Part shown: piece by piece, positions 13,589-28,414 of the stretch
Layout: the number at the start of each line of letters is the position of its first letter
Numbering within the stretch: position 1 is the first letter of the stretch
Origin: the human T2T-CHM13v2.0 reference genome, Homo sapiens
DNA length: 64,000 nt
Reading direction: 5' to 3' (one strand)
Assembly: GCF_009914755.1 (NCBI RefSeq)
Contig: NC_060937.1
Program-made: the position numbers and the translations under genes
The notes under the pieces: model-generated
Database searches by the model: none
Seen by the model: only the letters and a program-made list of their open reading frames with translations
Told to the model about the DNA's origin: nothing

Positions 13589-14444
13589 ACAAATAATTAC
13601 CACAATCAAATTAATTAACACATTCATCAACTCACAAAGTTACTTCAAAAAAAAAAAAAAAGCACGCACACACACACAGAAAATCTGTCTCTCTGCTTCC
13701 CATCTAGCTCTTACTTGTATTCTACATTGTTGAGGTTACTGAAAAAAAGTGAGTTCTGGATACCACGGGGTGTTGTTTGGGCCCCAAATAGATTATTCTA
13801 GTTTTCCTGCAGAGAGTGATTGGAGGGAGTCAGGGCCACATCATTGCAGACTGCAGAAGTGGCCTTCTCATTGCAGCCTATGAAGCCACCCTCAGGAGAT
13901 CAGGGGTATCCCCTGCACAGCCCTGCACAGAGGCCTCAGATGTTCTGAACTCACCACTAAAAAAATGCACACCAATATTGCTCTTGATTATTTCCTGGTG
14001 TTCCCATTGTTTCTGGCTGAAGGGCAGTGTGGCTGGCAGGGCAGATGGTGATCACACAGATCCCTGCAGGAGACCCGTGCCTGCTAGGCTTCCTACCCAT
14101 GGATGTCCACCTTGTGACCATAACCTCACCCCTAGCTGGAATGTGGCTCTCTCACAACATTGCTGGGATGCATCCAGGTTGCTGTGTGAATATTCAGGGG
14201 CTGTACTGTCAAAACCAAATCCCTTGGATTGCTGCAAAAATAAACAAGATCTACAGGGACAAGTCCCTGTTTGGATGGCCCCTAAGACAAAGGGACAAAG
14301 GGTCTGGAAGAGACGGTGTCCTGTTGTGTGCCTGTTGCCAGGAGAACGTGCCCCTCCCTCATTCAAGGAGGCTCTGCTCACACAGGGAGGTAGGAGAAGG
14401 AGTGAAGGGTCTTGGGGAGAGAAGGGCTTTGGAATCAGGAAGAC

Positions 14445-15432
<988 letters not shown>

Positions 15433-16106
15433 ATTAAAACAGCAACAACAAATAGAGGCTCGGGCACCCACTAGCCAGCCCATGCCACAGGGCACCATTT
15501 TCATCTCTCAGGGTTATCACTGGTATTGGACGAGAGAACACGGTCCAGTGCTGAGCCCCGCAGCTGCCGCCTGGCCAGTATCCATGAAATGGTAGCAGCA
15601 AATGGCAGAAGGGAAGCCAGCTTTCTGCCAACAGCATTACGCTGTTTGTAAATTTACTGAGTCCTTGCTCACATTTGGTGCCTGGAGCTTGGTAAACACT
15701 GGGACTCTACTTCTTTCAAAGGGATTGCTGCTTCCCTGAATGGCTCTTCCCTTGACATTCAGTCCAATTATTGCCTTTTTGGTTTACCTGCAATGATCCC
15801 ATGTTACACAAGAGCTCAGCCTGGTAAACACCTTTCCTCTTTGTAACTATGGTTTCTTTTGCGTGCTCTTTTCATAAGCCAATGTGGGAGATATTTTTTT
15901 AAAGAAACCAAACTCTAGTAATACATAATCATTGTAGAAAAATTAGGTAATATTGATAGGCAACAAACAGAAATAGAATTAAAATAATTCCCAATCTTTC
16001 TACCCAGAGACAATCACTGTAACATAGATTCTAGACTTTTCCCTATGTAAAAATATGTGTCATCTATCCTTTTTAAACAAATTTAATTCATATATACGAA
16101 TGGTTC

Positions 16107-16636
16107 TATTTATTTTATTTTATTTTATTTTTATCTCTTTTTTTTGAACTTTTATTTTAGATTCAGGGGGTACATATGCCAGTTTGTCACCTGGGTATAT
16201 CATGTGAGGCTGAGGTTTGGGATATAAATGTTCCATCACCCAGGTACTCAGCTTAGTACCCAACAGTTAGCTTTTGAACCCTTGCTCTCCTCCTTCCCTC
16301 CCCTAAAAGTAGGTATATATCCAAAAGAAAACACATAGTTCTACCAAAAAGACACGTGTATATGCATGTTCATCACAGTACAACAGCAAAGACATGGAAT
16401 CAACATAGATGCCCATCAATGGTGGATTGGATAAAGAAAATGTGGTACATATACACCATGGAATACTACCCAGCCACAAAAAAGAAAGAAATCATGTCCT
16501 ATGCAGCAACATGGAAGCAGTTGGAGGACATTACCCTCAGAGAATTAACCCAGGAACAGAACACCAAATACTGTATGTTTTTACTTTTAAATGGGGGCTA
16601 AACACTGGGTACTGCTGGACATAAAGATGGCAACAA
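16107..16636 (-). mobile_element. 5'-inverted (twin-primed) L1PB-like insertion
   Basis: T-rich tail plus antisense L1 3'UTR (to ~16305), then a sense L1 segment (~16310-16636). Flanks AATGGTTCT / AATGGCTCT are a probable TSD. Confidence 0.8.
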
Positions 16637-17109
16637 ATGGCTCTTTAAACTGCTTTTTCAGCTCAAACATGCTAAACATTATTCCAAATAAGTAAAGACA
16701 GAATGATCATCCACAGAATCATTTAAAATGGCTGTTTAATATTCTTTTACATAGATATAATACATTTTACCAACTATCTAGGAAGCTAGGATTCTTTTTG
16801 CGACCATAAGCAACATTGCGGTGAATAATCTCATGCATGTATGTTTGTGCGCATGCCCCTTGTTTCCTAGGAGCAAACTGCTGGAAGCGGAATTATATGA
16901 AGAGTATGTACCTTTTGAAGGCTCTTGATACATATTACCAAATTTTTCCACAAATGTACTGATCTAGGGTCCCTTTAATCTGAGAATCGGCATCATTTCC
17001 TTCACACCGAAGTTGGCACTGGTTACAATTCTTTTTATTTTGTTTTCCAACCCACTATATGAAAAAAATACATTCTTATTATTTTCTTCCATGTTTGATT
17101 ACTAATTAG

Positions 17110-17481
<372 letters not shown>

Positions 17482-18009
17482 TGTATTTCTTATTTTATTA
17501 AATGCTTCTTTATTACTACGCTTAGCCGTTTTCCCATTAGGGTATTTCTCATTCTTCATTGATCTGTATGAGCATTCTATATCGTAAACTCTGCAAACCT
17601 CCACCCAGGGAATACTCCCTTGCATGTGGGTGAGAAATCACTGTGTGGATGCTCCGGTGGAGGTGCTGCTGAAGTCAGGTTAACTCAACGGGGCCTTTAA
17701 GGAAGAGAGGTCACTCACCCAGTGGAGGGTGGGGCACAGGAGCTCCTGGTGTTTATTGTCCAAGCTGGTATTAACCAAGAGGATTGAGCTTCGGGGGACA
17801 GAAGACACGATGTTTGGCCTTGGCCTGATGCTGGGTCCCGATGATGTGAAGTGGGAAGTACTGACCTGAGTCGGCTACGCAGTGGCCCTGGGACCAGTAG
17901 CATCAGCACCACTCAGAAACCTGTTCAGCAATGCAGATTCTCAGGCCGCAGCACAGGAAACTTGTGAGCACACTTTTTTTTTATTATCATGGTAAAATAT
18001 ACATAACAT

Positions 18010-18293
18010 GACTAGGCGCAGTGGCTCACGCCTGTAATCCCAGCACTTTGGGAGGCCGAGGCGGGCCGATCACCTGAGGTCAGGAGTTCGAGATCAGCCT
18101 GGCCAACATGGTGAAACCTGTTTCTACTAAAAATACAAAATTAGCCGGGCATGGTGGCGCATTCCTATACTCAGCTACTTGGGAACCTGAGGCATGAGAA
18201 TCGCTTCAACTTAGGAGGTGGAGGTGGCAGTGAGCCGAGATTGCACCAGCCTGGGCAATAAGAATGAAACTCTGTCTCAAAAAAAAAAAAAAA
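18010..18293 (+). mobile_element. AluS whose tail runs into the minisatellite
   Basis: Dimeric Alu. The A tail at 18279-18293 is followed immediately by (TA)n. Confidence 0.95.
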
Positions 18294-20993
18294 ATATATA
18301 TATATATACAAGTATATATATACACACATATATTTTTATATGTATATATTTATATATATACATGTATACATGCATATGTATATATTTATATACACATGTA
18401 TACATGCATATGTATATATTTATGTACACATGTATACATGCATATGTATATATTTATGTACACATGTATACATGCATGTGTATATATTTATGTACACATG
18501 TATACATGCATGTGTATATATTTATGTACACATGTATACATGCATGTGTATATATTTATGTACACATGTATACATGCATGTGTATATATTTATGTACACA
18601 TGTATACATGCATGTGTATATATTTATGTACACATGTATACATGCATGTGTATATATTTATGTACACATGTATACATGCATATGTATATATTTATGTACA
18701 CATGTATACATGCATATGTATATATTTATGTACACATGTATACATGCATATGTATATATTTATGTACACATGTATACATGCATATGTATATATTTATGTA
18801 CACATGTATACATGCATATGTATATATTTATGTACACATGTATACATGCATATGTATATATTTATGTACACATGTATACATGCATATGTATATATTTATG
18901 TACACATGTATACATGCATATGTATATATTTATGTATACATGTATATATGTATATATACGTGTATATATGTATATATGCATGTATAAATGTATATATGCA
19001 TGTATATATGTATACATGCATGTATACATGTATACATGCATGTATACATGTATACATGCATGTATATATGTATACATGCATGTATACATGTATACATGCA
19101 TGTATACATGTATACATGCATGTATATACATGCATGTATACATGTATACATGTATATATTTATGTACACATGTATATATGTATATATTTATGTACACATG
19201 TATATATGTATATATTTATGTACACATGTATATATGTATATATTTATGTACACCTGTATATATGTACATATTTATGTACACCTGTATATATGTACATATT
19301 TATGTACACCTGTATATATGTATATATTTATGTACACATGTATATATGTATATATTTATGTACACATGTATATATGTATATATTTATGTACACATGTATT
19401 TATACATTTATATATACATGTATATATGTATATATTTATATATACATGTATATATGTATATATTTATATATACATGTATATATGTATATATTTATATATA
19501 CACGTGTATATATGTATATATTTATAGATACACGTGTATATATGTATATATTTATAGATACACGTATATATGTATATATTTATAGATACACGTGTATATA
19601 TGTATATATTTATAGATACACGTGTATATAGGTATATATTTATAGATACACGTGTATATATGTATATATTTATAGATACACGTGTATATATGTATATATT
19701 TATAGATACACGTGTATATATGTATATATTTATAGATACACGTGTATATATGTATATATTTATAGATACACGTGTATATATGTATATATTTATAGATACA
19801 CGTGTATATATGTATATATTTATAGATACATGTATACATGTATATGTATATATTTATAGATACATGTATACATGTATATGTATATATTTATAGATACATG
19901 TATATTTATAGATACATGTATACATGTATACATGTATATATTTATATATATACATGTATACATGTATATGTATATATTTATATATATACATGTATACATG
20001 TATATGTATATATTTATATATATACATGTATACATGTATATGTATATATTTATATATATACATGTATACATGTATATGTATATATTTATATATATACATG
20101 TATACATGTATATGTATATATTTATATATATACATGTATACATGTATACATGTACACATTTATATATACATGCACACATGCACACATACATACATGTATA
20201 CATGCACACATACATACATGTATACATGCACACATACATGTACACATGCACACATACATACATGCACACATGCACACATACATACATGTATACATGCACA
20301 CATACATGTATACATGCACACATACATACATGTATACATGCACACATACATACATGCATACATGCACACATACATACATGCACACATACATACATGTATA
20401 CATGTACACATACATACATGTGCACATGCACGCATACATACATGTGCACATGTACGCATACATACATGTGCACATGTACACATACATACATGTGCACATG
20501 TACACATACATACATGTATACATGTACACATACATACATGTATATATGTAGATATATACATGTATATATGTGTACACATATATACATGTATATATATGAA
20601 CATATATGTGTACACATACATACATGTAGATATGTATATCTATGTGTATATATACATGTATATATGTATATCTCTGTGTATATATATACATGTATATATA
20701 TCTCTGTGTATATATATACATGTATATATATCTCTGTGTATATATATACATGTATATATATCTCTGTGTATATATATACATGTATATATATCTCTGTGTA
20801 TATATATACATGTATATATATCTCTGTGTATATATACATGTATATATCTATGTGTATATATACATGTATATATATCTATGTGTATATATATACACATGTG
20901 TATATATATCTGTGTGTATATATATACACATGTGTATATATATCTATATGTGTGTGTATATATATATATCTATGTTTGTGTATATATATATAT
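18294..20993. repeat. 2.7-kb compound minisatellite/VNTR (TATACATG-derived; blocks of 34-, 30- and 38-bp units)
   Basis: 16 units of TACACATGTATACATGCAT(A/G)TGTATATATTTATG at 18391-18934. 30-mers TATAGATACACGTGTATATATGTATATATT at ~19520-19820. CATA/CACA block at ~20160-20540. 30-mers TCTCTGTGTATATATATACATGTATATATA at 20671-20820. Confidence 0.98.
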
Positions 20994-20999
20994 CTTCCT

Positions 21000-21310
21000 A
21001 TGTTACCCATTTTTAAGTGTTCAGTTCAGTGGCATTAAGTACATTCACACTGTTGTGCAACCATCACCACCATCATCAATCCACACAATTCTTTTCGTCC
21101 TGCAGACTGAAATTCTGAATCCATGAAACAGCAATCCTCCACTCTCCCTAACCCCTCCAGCTCCTGACCACTGTCATTCTACTTTCTGTTGCTATGGATT
21201 TGCCTACTTAATTCCATCATCTAAGCGGAATTGAACAAAAGGTGTCTTTTGCATCTGGGTATTTCACTTAGCACAGTATCTTCAAGGTTAGTGTGTGTCA
21301 GAATTTCCTT
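21000..21310 (-). mobile_element. L1MB 3' end, continuing the fragment at ~17975-18009
   Basis: CATTTTTAAGTGTTCAGTTCAGTGGCATTAAGTACATTCACACTGTTGTGCAACCATCACCAC. Confidence 0.85.
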
Positions 21311-21448
21311 CCCAGCTACTCAGGAGGCTAAGGTGGAGGATCGCCTGAGCCTTGGAAGTTGAGATTGCAGTGAGCCGTGATCTCACCACTGCACTCCAGC
21401 CTGGGTGACAAAGTAAGGCCCTGTCTCACACACATACACAAAAAAAAA
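21311..21448 (+). mobile_element. Alu right arm (FRAM/AluJ-like)
   Basis: CCCAGCTACTCAGGAGGCT...GGAGGATCGCCTGAGCC...CCCTGTCTC. Confidence 0.9.
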
Positions 21449-21594
<146 letters not shown>

Positions 21595-22149
21595 TTATTT
21601 CCTATAATATTCCATTGTATGCATATACCACATTTTGTCTTTTTGTTCATCTGTTCATGGCACACACTACAATTTGGCATGCAATGTGCACAGGATTTGT
21701 CAGGAATGTGGTTAAAATGCAAATTTTAATCAATTGTTCTGAGATGGAGTCTGAGACTCTACAGGAAACCTCTGGGCCACTTGCCCTGCAAGTCAGGCCA
21801 ATTCTTCATCATTGCGTCAAATTCCACTCATAAAAATAAGCCACAGTACCAAGGGTTGATTTCAGTAAGCAAGTCCCACAAACTTTCTGGGAAGCTTTAA
21901 GAAAATGAAAATGCTCTCTTCTCACCTTTGCAGCTGCTGTACCCTCCTCCTACCTCTGCTGACTGCAGCAGGTCAGAGTGGGTCTGAGGGCCTCTCTGGC
22001 ACGGCTGGCCTGCCCCACTGGCCCAGTTCCCGACTCCCTGAAGGCTGCTCACCTGCTTCCCCATGCCTCTGGCACTGTTTCTATCTGTCACATATATTCG
22101 ACTTCTCTTACTCGAAATGAGCACCCTGAGGCTAAAAGCCTGTATTCTG

Positions 22150-22640
22150 CATTCATTCATTCAACAAATATTTATTGAGTGTGACTGTGTGTGAAGCACT
22201 GTTCTTTCTAGGCACAGGGGATACAGCAGAGAACAAAAGAGGCAAAAATCCCTGCCTTTGTGAGCTTTCGTGCTGGTGGAGACATCGATCATATGATAAA
22301 TGAGCAAATATTAGCTAGAGATACATTTAAGCACGAAGAATAAAGCAGGGAGACAGCAAGGAATTTGGGTGATGCTGATACTTTACAGTGGTAAGCCAGG
22401 GCCGGCTTCACTGAGGAGGTGACAGTAGGGCGAAGACAAGAGGGAAGGGAGGCAGCCAGCTTTGCAGGAATCCGGAGGCTCACTCCAGCTGGAGAGAACG
22501 GCACAGGCAGAGGTCCTGAGACAGCGGGCTGCCTGGGCATGCAAGGCATAGCAAGGAGGCAGCGTGTGGCAGATGGAGTGAGAGAGACAGAGAAGGGAAG
22601 AGGAAGACAAAAAGGCAGCAGGGTGGGTCAAGAAGGATGC
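22150..22640 (-). mobile_element. L2a 3' region
   Basis: CATTCATTCATTCAACAAATATTTATTGAGT terminus in reverse. Confidence 0.85.
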
Positions 22641-22646
22641 TTAGAC

Positions 22647-23270
<624 letters not shown>

Positions 23271-23308
23271 CCTAGACCGCATGAAGACCTTGGCTTTCCC
23301 TCTGAGGA

Positions 23309-23826
23309 TGTTTTAGAATGTAGGTTTTATTATTATTCAGGTATGGCAAGGCCAACAGATCAGGAGCGGACTGCCATTGAAAAGTGAGCTGGGAGCGCTC
23401 CACACCGTAGGGGCCCCCTGGGGAAGCAAGGGGGGGGGGGCGGGGGATGGGGGACGGGGGGAGGGAGTGGAGGGAAACATGGGCGGGAGCGTTGATTCTG
23501 ATTTTCATGGGAAAGAACAGGCAAGGCAGGGTAAGCAAGTTTAGGATTGGCTGGTCTGAGTAATTTCTGCAGGCCCTGGGCATGGGACAGTCCCTACTTG
23601 TCTGGTACCTGGCCCTGGGGTGATTAGGGCAAGGGGCCAGGGGCCAGGAGCATAGTGGTGTAGCGGGGTGTGAGCTCTGGCTTAATTGCTTTGCATATGA
23701 AAGGTGCTTGCACTCAGTCATTTGCTCTCTCTAGGACCTGGCTAAATGGGGAGAGGCAGCCTCTCTAAGGTCAGCAGAGCCTCAAGAGCCTCAAGAGGCC
23801 AAAGCATCAGAAACCCATGGTTAATG
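23309..23826 (-). mobile_element. ERVL-class LTR (MER54/MER73/MER74 group)
   Basis: GGCCAACAGATCAGGAG...CTGCCATTGAAAAG, GTCTGGTACCTGGCCCTGGG and TTTGCATATGAAAGG motifs, recognised from memory. Confidence 0.65.
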
Positions 23827-23968
23827 GAGAGGGTTCAGGAGCTGCAGGGCTGGGCTTAGGAGGGCTGGGCTCAGGAGGGCTGGGCTCAGGAAGGCCGTGA
23901 TCCCGCTGCTGTGTCTGCCGGGCTCTGGCTTCTCCTGGAAGAGAGGTGGGATGGGGCAAGGGGGCAGC

Positions 23969-24210
23969 AGCACAATCTCAGCTCACTGCAAGCTCCGCCT
24001 CCTGGGTTCACGCCATTCTCCTGCCTCAGCCTCCCAAGTAGCTGGGACTACAGGCACCCGCCACCATGCCCAGCTAATTTTTTTGTATTTTTAGTAGCGA
24101 TGGGGTTTCACTATGTTAGCCAGGATGGTCTTGATCTCCTGACCTCGTGATCTGCCCGCCTCAGCCTCCCAAAGTGCTGGGATGACAGGAGTGAGCCACT
24201 GCGCCTGGCC
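23969..24210 (-). mobile_element. AluY lacking its 3' end and A tail
   Basis: GCAAGCTCCGCCTCCTGGGTTCACGCCATTCTC and TTAGCCAGGATGGTC diagnostics. It begins abruptly after GGGGCAGCA. Confidence 0.92.
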
Positions 24211-24215
24211 CGCAC

Positions 24216-24425
24216 TTTATTTTTTAAGACAGGGTCTCGCTCTGTTGCTCAGGTTGGAGTGTAGTGGTGCAATCATGATTCATTGCAGTCTTGACCTCCC
24301 AGACTCAAACAATCCTCCCACCTCAGCCTCCTGAGGAGCTGGGACTATCGGTGTGTACCACCACTCCAGGCTAATTTTTGTATTATTTGTAGAGACAGGG
24401 TTTCACCATGTTGCCTAGGCTGGCT
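24216..24425 (-). mobile_element. AluJ, 5'-truncated
   Basis: GACAGGGTCTCGCTCTGTTG...CAAACAATCCTCCCACCTCAGCC. Confidence 0.88.
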
Positions 24426-24694
24426 GATGCCACACTTTTGAGAACCATAGATGAATAGTATTCCATTGTGAGAATATCCCACCTTTTACTGGCTTATTCA
24501 AATCTTGATGGACAAATAGGTTTCCAGGTTTGGACAATTACAAATCGTGCATCTCCAAACAATTTTGCACATGTCTTTTGGTGCACAGTGCATGCACTTA
24601 AGATAGGAGTGGAACTGCTAAGTCGTAGAATATGCATACAATCGGCTGTAGGTAAACATGCCAACAAGTTTTCCAAAGTGGTTGTATCAACTTA

Positions 24695-24740
24695 CTAGGT
24701 TGGCGCAAAAGTAATTGCTCTTTTTGCCACTCATTTTAAT
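24695..24740. mobile_element. MADE1 (mariner MITE) half-element in an L1ME fragment
   Basis: TAGGTTGGCGCAAAAGTAATTGC matches the Hsmar1/MADE1 TIR. Confidence 0.75.
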
Positions 24741-25189
24741 ACATTCCCATCAGCAATTTATGAGGCTTCCTATTGCTCCATATCCTTGCCAGCACTTATT
24801 GTCCATGATTTTTATTTAGACATCCTGGTGAGTGAGTACTAGTATCTCATAATGGCTTTAATCTTTAATTTGCTTTTCCCTCTTCATGGGTCTCCAGAGC
24901 TCATCACAGGTCCCCATTGAGCTGTGGACTTCAGCTTCATGTCACAAAAGTCCTCTGTGATGATGATGATGGCGGTGACCTGCTCCACAAAGCCCCCTGG
25001 GACCATAGCACCCGTCCCAAGATGACCAACTGGGTCAGAGGCAGCCACAGGCTTTCCTTCTCAGGCAAGGGTCCCTCCTTTCAAGGAAACATCTCTGTGC
25101 TCATCATTACGTTCCCCACCTGGATGTCCAAAATCCTGAATGCCACGGCTGGATTATACAGCAATGTCAATCTCTTAAAATTGGATTCA

Positions 25190-25480
25190 GGGCCTGGTGC
25201 GGTGGCTCACGCCTGTAATCCAAGCACGTTGGGAGTCTGAGGCAGGCGGATCACGAGGTCAGGAGATTGAGACCATCCTGGACAACATGGTGAAACCACG
25301 TCTCTACTAAAAATACAAAAATTAGCTGGGCATGGTGGTGGGCGCCTGTAATCTCAGCTACTCAGGAGGCTGAGGCAGGAGAATCACTTGAACCAGGGAG
25401 TCAGACGTTGCAGTGAGCCGAGATGGCATCACTGCACTCCAGCCTGGTGACAGAGCGAGACCCTGTCTCAAAAAAAAAAA
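25190..25480 (+). mobile_element. AluSc-like
   Basis: GGATCACGAGGTCAGGAGATTGAGACCATCCTGG; TSD TGGATTCAG. Confidence 0.93.
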
Positions 25481-25935
25481 TGGATTCAGGGCCAATCTCA
25501 TTCTGAGGATTGTGTTTCCCACACTGTAAACCTGCCTGCTGGTCTACCATGCCGGAGTGGTGTAGTGCCAGGCCCCAGAGACAATACGACCCACACAGGC
25601 TCCCATGAGCAAGTGGTGCTGTGGGCTTGTGTTCAGAGTGGGGGAGGGAAGTGTCAGGGGCCAAAAGTTGACCACAAGTAGCCAGAAGAGTTCACAGACA
25701 CACGCAGAAGCTAGCAAGGAAGTGTTGAGGGGCATCATCATAGAAGAGGCTTGGGACCAGGCCAGCAAGGCAGGTACCGGGACATGTAGCTTCAAACATT
25801 CTCCTAGAATGCGCTTGCTTTGCATACCTAAGAAACTTTTTCTAGCCAGTTGTGTGATCTTCACTATAGAAGTCTTGGCCCAGTTCTGACACAATAAGCA
25901 TCACTCTTCTAAGGGCTAATACAGTTAATTAAAGC

Positions 25936-26040
25936 ACACGCGTGCACACGCACACACACACCTGCACACACAAACCTGCACACACACACCCACAGACCCA
26001 CATCCACACACGCACATCCACACACACACACACACACACT
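25936..26040. repeat. Degenerate (CA)n microsatellite
   Basis: Read directly. Confidence 0.9.
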
Positions 26041-27778
26041 CCTTTCTGGCCAAAGTGGTAGATAAAGAAATGGCCTAGACTGGGCACCCTGAATATATGT
26101 CCATTGCAGATAATTTTGAATTTTCCGTATGAATGAAGCGATCAGAGATGTGAAACAGAACACTCACATTTATTTGTTTTACTTTATAAAGTGTTAGATG
26201 AATTTTCTTCCTGCAGCAGCTCTGCCTCCTTTTCATGCTTTGCCAAATCTAATGTTATACTTCTTGTTTTCTTGCGCACATATCAGTGGCAGGGGCTCTG
26301 GGCAGTGGTGGCAAACCAGCTAAATATTCCAAGTCCCCCGAAAGCACACGGTGGACAATAGACATGCCAGCCAGCCTTGTGGGGAGCGGGAGCGTTCTGC
26401 ATGCCAGTCATATCAGGTCTTCAAACCACGGCCTTCTCACTCCACTCCTTTTAACAACCGTATTCTCCACTCCTTAGCTCTCTTTACTTGTCTTTTTATT
26501 TCCTTACTTGTTTTCTGGCAGCTTCATTTTCAGCCTTGCTATGGGAAGGCGTGGACGTTCTCCCTGCTTTCTTCCTCATTCCTCCCTGCTGATTAACTTC
26601 CCAGCCATCCTCCATGAATTGCCATCATCCTCACAATTCGGTCTAAAGGTGAATATTTTCAGACATCAGCAATGATCACTGTATTCCTGCTGTCTGGTTT
26701 AGATTATTTATTGGTTGGGAATATAGGGATTTTCCCCCATTTACCAGTGGTAAAAGTTAAATTTTAAAAATCAAAATTTAGTATTCCAAGAAAATAATCA
26801 TGGATATAAGCAAAGGCTACCAAGTTGTTCATCATAACATTGTCTCCTACAATAGCAATGATAATAATAATAATTAGAAAGGAACCAAATATCCATCTAC
26901 AGATTAATTAAATTAAGATATATTATTGCAATAAAAGATTAAAAGCCATACAAATGGTACTGTAGAACAATATTTGATGATGCGGAGAGTTGTTTATGAC
27001 AGATTATTGGTGAGAAAAAGTTAAAACCAATCTGTATAAGATGGTCCCATTTTTGTAAATGAACCAAAGCTATTCATCTATATTCACAGAAAGAAAAGAA
27101 AATACCCCACTGTGGATGAGAAATAACAAATGTTAACAGGATCAGCTCTGATTGCAAGGGACTCATTCGATTTTATTTTATTTTTCCTGGTCTACATTTT
27201 CTGCAATACTTGTGTATAAGTTTTGCAATAAGAAACAAATGATGGCTCTCAAATTTTTCAAATTAAAATTTTCAACAAATGGAGACATAGTCTTACTAGG
27301 GACCCAAAGGGGCACAGACAGGTGAGCAAATGCTCATTTTGAATCAACAATGTGCTACCAGTAAGCTCCATGGTGAGGGCCCGACCTTTTCACATGGATG
27401 CATAGTTTGGGCTTCATCTGAATTAGACTGCAATTAACCACAAAGAGGCCCCTTCATAAATTAGACACAAGTTTAAAGAATAGATGCTCGATAATGGACT
27501 GAATGCTTAACTTCCTTGTCACTGGGAAAACTTGTTCCTGAATGGTGGCTGCATTGGTCCACTAGGGCTGCCATAACACAGTGCCACAGCCTGGGAGGCT
27601 TCAGTAACAGACATTGATTGTCTCCCAGTGCTGGAGGCTGGAAGTCCAAGATCAAGGAGTCTGCAGGGTTGGTCTCTTCCGAGGCCTCACTCCTTGGCTC
27701 ACAGATGGCCGCCTTCTCGCTGTGTCCTCACATGGCTTTTCCCCTGTGCACAGTCCCCTGGGGTCTCCGTGTAATCCC

Positions 27779-28077
27779 TTTTTTTTTTTTTTTTTTGAGA
27801 CAGAGTCTCACTCTGTTGCCCAGGCTGGAGTGCAGTGGTGTGATCTTGGCTCACTGCAACCTCTGCCTCCTGGGTTCCAGTGATTCTTCTGCTCAGGCTC
27901 CTAAGTAGCTGGGATTACAGGCGCATGCCACCACGCCCAGCTGATTTTTGTATTTTTAGTAGAGTCGGGGTTTCACTGTGTTGGCCAGGCTGGTCTCCAA
28001 CTCCTCACCTCAAGTGATCCACCCGCCTTGGCCTCCCAAAGTGCTGGGATTACAGGTGTGAGCCACCGTGCCCGGCC
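27779..28077 (-). mobile_element. AluS (left member of the head-to-head pair)
   Basis: Full-length reverse Alu, flanks TAATC(C/T)CTT. Confidence 0.96.
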
Positions 28078-28081
28078 CTAA

Positions 28082-28414
<333 letters not shown>

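Noticed and set aside
18391-18934. Regular 34-bp repeats resembling a CRISPR array
   Set aside because: Head-to-tail units with no unique spacers, no cas genes, and a primate context.
18218-21126. Many long ORFs (up to 455 aa) rich in Y/I/C/M/H/T/V
   Set aside because: They are translations of the stop-poor tandem repeat, open in several frames on both strands, with no gene features.
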